Assembly: GCA_964106645.2 (NCBI GenBank)
Contig: OZ067047.1
From: Podarcis pityusensis
Lineage: Eukaryota
DNA length: 64,000 bases
Direction: 5' to 3' (one strand)
Both the position numbers and the translations under genes were made by a program. How positions within the stretch are numbered: the first letter of the stretch is position 1; every line of letters begins with the position of its first letter. Positions 61,137 to 64,000 of this stretch are shown piece by piece. The notes under the pieces were generated by a model. That model was not told the origin of the DNA. It searched no databases and saw only the letters and a list, made by a program, of their open reading frames with translations.

Positions 61137-62769
61137 TCCAAGAAAATTCAGCACAGCCCTATTATTTATTTAAATGTTCTATATCTCACCTAACAATTCC
61201 AAGTAATTACTTATATTCTGAAAACTTGCTCTGTGCCTGTAACTTCAATCAAGATTAAAAAACCAGAAAAAAATCACAGGCATTAATTAAAACACTATGT
61301 AACTTCATAAATATACTAAAAAAACTAGCTAACATAAATCCCCCCCCCCCAGTATTTCACATTAAAAGCATATTTAAAATCAATCCTTTCATCTTCTTCT
61401 TAAATATGTGAAGGTTCTGCTGGGCAGCTGGCTCCAGAGGTCACAGCCACAACAGGAAAGTCACTCTTCTATAATTATTTCCTGCCTAGATAGGATCACA
61501 ATCAGGCCCTCTTCAGTAGATCTTAATGGCCATCTGCCCTTGGCCATTAACAGATTTCAAAGCATCAGAAGCTAACATGCAGTCAGTTTGTGTTGCAGAA
61601 TTAGCCAGCTATGTTCTGGTCTTCTTGTTCATATTAGGAGTTGGCAGTTGCATTGTGTGCCAATATAGATTTTAAGAGCCATCCTATATACTAGGAATGG
61701 CTTACCATTTTGTCCTGATGACCACTTCCACGTTTAGCTAATCCTCCACAGAACGCATGCCAGTAAGTGAGTGTGTTCACTCCACACTCTTGTACACACA
61801 TTCACACACCACACAGGACAAACGTGTGCAAGACATGGGAAACACACACAGAGGAACAAAGCTCCCCTTTTCAGTTGATCCATATTGATTAGTCAATGAG
61901 AAGTTTTGCCTCTTTTCTGCTTATCAAATAACCACCCTGATGCATAATCAAATTGTTTAAACTTCATTGTTCACCCCAGCACTCTTTCTATTTTTTTAAC
62001 TGGTAGGGTCTTGGGAGAGGGGAGATAGGGGTTAGCAAGCCCTGCTATGTAGGGAGCATTATGGAAATTGATTCTACAGACAAAGTTGATAGTTGCCAGA
62101 ACTCTACAATGCAGGAAATGTTAGTGTTTGTATGCAGCAGAGGAAGTAAACTTTAGTTAAACGAATTCTTGCTTGGAGCACACCTTTAGTTGAAAGGCAT
62201 TCAGACTGAGACATGGTTTAAATAAGAAAGCTTATTGTAAGGAAGTACATTCTAGTTGGAGAAACAAAGAAGCAAAGCTATGCTTGCCCCTTTGTTCCCA
62301 GAAGAATGATCCAAGATGACCTCTTGCCTTGAGGTCCAAATAAAGTGTATGAGGAGGAGCAGGAAGTTGTAAATGAAATGCAATACCACTGTAAACATCA
62401 AAGAGATAGAGAGAAGTCAGCACAGATACAAAGGTACAGTACTACAGGGATAGACTGGGAAGCTGGAGGTCTCTTGCTCTATCTGTCTTAACCCATGCAA
62501 ACCCCTCTCAGAAAGCGGAGATGCACCCAAACTTCTCTCCTGGTCTCCTGAGAATATAGGATCAGACAAACTAATTTAAATAAAACATAAACCAGAAACC
62601 TTGTTTCAATCCCATTTTTGGAGAGTGGGTTAAAAACCCAATATATATTGGACACAACATGTCTAGTGAGAATGTCAGTTTAGAATTTCAAAAGACAGCT
62701 TTAGCTTTTAGCTCAGTGCATGCTTCAGCTTTTTAGCCTAAAAAAGGTGGCATATACGGTAAGTCACTT

Positions 62770-64000
62770 TAGGGTGGCTGAATGACCTGGATGACATTGG
62801 AGAATCCACATATCTTAGATTTAGAGGGTCATGATAATATTGGAAGCTGGCACACCTATGAAAAGGTGAAAGTACACAAAGGATTTACAAATCACATAAT
62901 TAGGAAATATTTGTAGAGAGTATGGGATAAATACAAAAAAATATTGGAGATAAAAACACCACTTTGACTCTCATCATTGGAAGCCATGGTGGTAAAGAAA
63001 AAGAATATGATAGGTTGGACAACTTGTAGAAATTTATTAAAACAAGAGGGAGAAGAGTTTAAATTAAAATAATTTAATGATTTATCAGGAAAGTTAACAA
63101 CATGGATACAATATCATTTGAATAAAGTATTTAAGAAAGATAGGAAACGAGGGTTTGGGGAACAAATATCACAACTGGAGAGAGGTCTATTGGAATGCAA
63201 TGTTAAAGTGCTGTCTAAAACGTAGAAGATATTACTGGAATGGGAGACAAAGGATGAGCAAGTAAAATCTTCAATGATACATTAGGCAATAGATATTGTT
63301 ATAATATAGATATGGAAGTGTGGGAACGATCGTGGAATATGGATATAAAATTTACAGCATGCTATGGTTTAAGAGAAAACTACATGAAAAAGTTATATAA
63401 ATGGTATCTAACACCGAGTAAACTGGCAAAAATGTATAACTCAAAGAGAAAGAAGGTACAGTCGCACCTTGGTTAATGAACACCTTCCGAGTCGAACGTT
63501 TTGGCTCCTGAATGCCACAAACCCAGAAGTGAGTGTTCCGGTTTACAAACGTTCTTTGGAACCCAAATGTCCGATGCAGCTTCCGCTCCTGCAGCCAATC
63601 AGAAGCCACGCCTTGGTTTCCAAATGTTTTGGAAGTCGAACAGACTTCTGGAATGGATTCTGTTCAACTTCCGAGGTACCACTGTACTTTCTATAGTATG
63701 TGGTGGCCTTGTAGTAAGGTTAAATAAAGCTTACTGTGAAGCTTTTCTTCTGGGAATTATAGGGACAAAACTACCTAAACAGTATAGAAATTTATTCATG
63801 TATGCAACTACAGCAGCAAGAATGTTATTTGCCCAAAAATGGAAAGAAGTCGTCCAGACAAAAGAAGAATGGATACAAAAACTTATGACTATGTAGAAAT
63901 GGTGAAACTTACCAGAAAAATAATAAATTAAGATAACAGACTTTTTATAAAAGAATAGAAATGGTTTATTGAATATTTACAAACAAATTGTAAACATATA
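62770..64000 (+). mobile_element. Degraded L1 ORF2 3' part (runs off the window)
   Basis: Frameshifted pieces LENPHILDLEGHD..KGFTNHIIRK..VWDKYK; EAFLLGIIG..LFMYATTAARMLFAQKWK..EEWIQKLM. Confidence 0.85.
63459..63684. mobile_element. Tigger-like MITE nested in the L1
   Basis: TA|CAGTCGCACCT ... AGGTACCACTG|TA; L1 reading (KEG-TF..MWW) rejoins across it. Confidence 0.8.

Overview
Vertebrate genomic DNA, almost certainly a squamate and probably a lacertid lizard (judged from Sauria-type SINEs, Squam-type SINEs and CR1/L2/L1 LINEs). The window holds the conserved ATP6V1E1 - SLC25A18 - CECR2 block, orthologous to human 22q11. I rebuilt the genes by hand from GT/AG junctions. ATP6V1E1 (+) is complete: 9 coding exons, 681 nt, 226 aa, CpG-island promoter. 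SLC25A18 (-) is complete: 9 coding exons, 978 nt, 325 aa. CECR2 (-) is present as its last 11 coding exons (1138 aa including the bromodomain; the 5' part lies beyond the window) plus a probable ~6.4 kb 3'UTR. Almost all short ORFs in the supplied track are spurious, exon fragments or TE-derived. I see no novel multi-gene system. The most unusual items are: (1) a complete, TSD-flanked, internally deleted (HAL1-like) L1 with an open ORF1-like frame, in sense orientation ~65 nt from a CECR2 splice acceptor; (2) a candidate ATG-only alternative first exon that would give a DDT-less CECR2; (3) M-box/CLEAR sites in ATP6V1E1; (4) RFX X-boxes upstream of SLC25A18; (5) several nested TE insertions.
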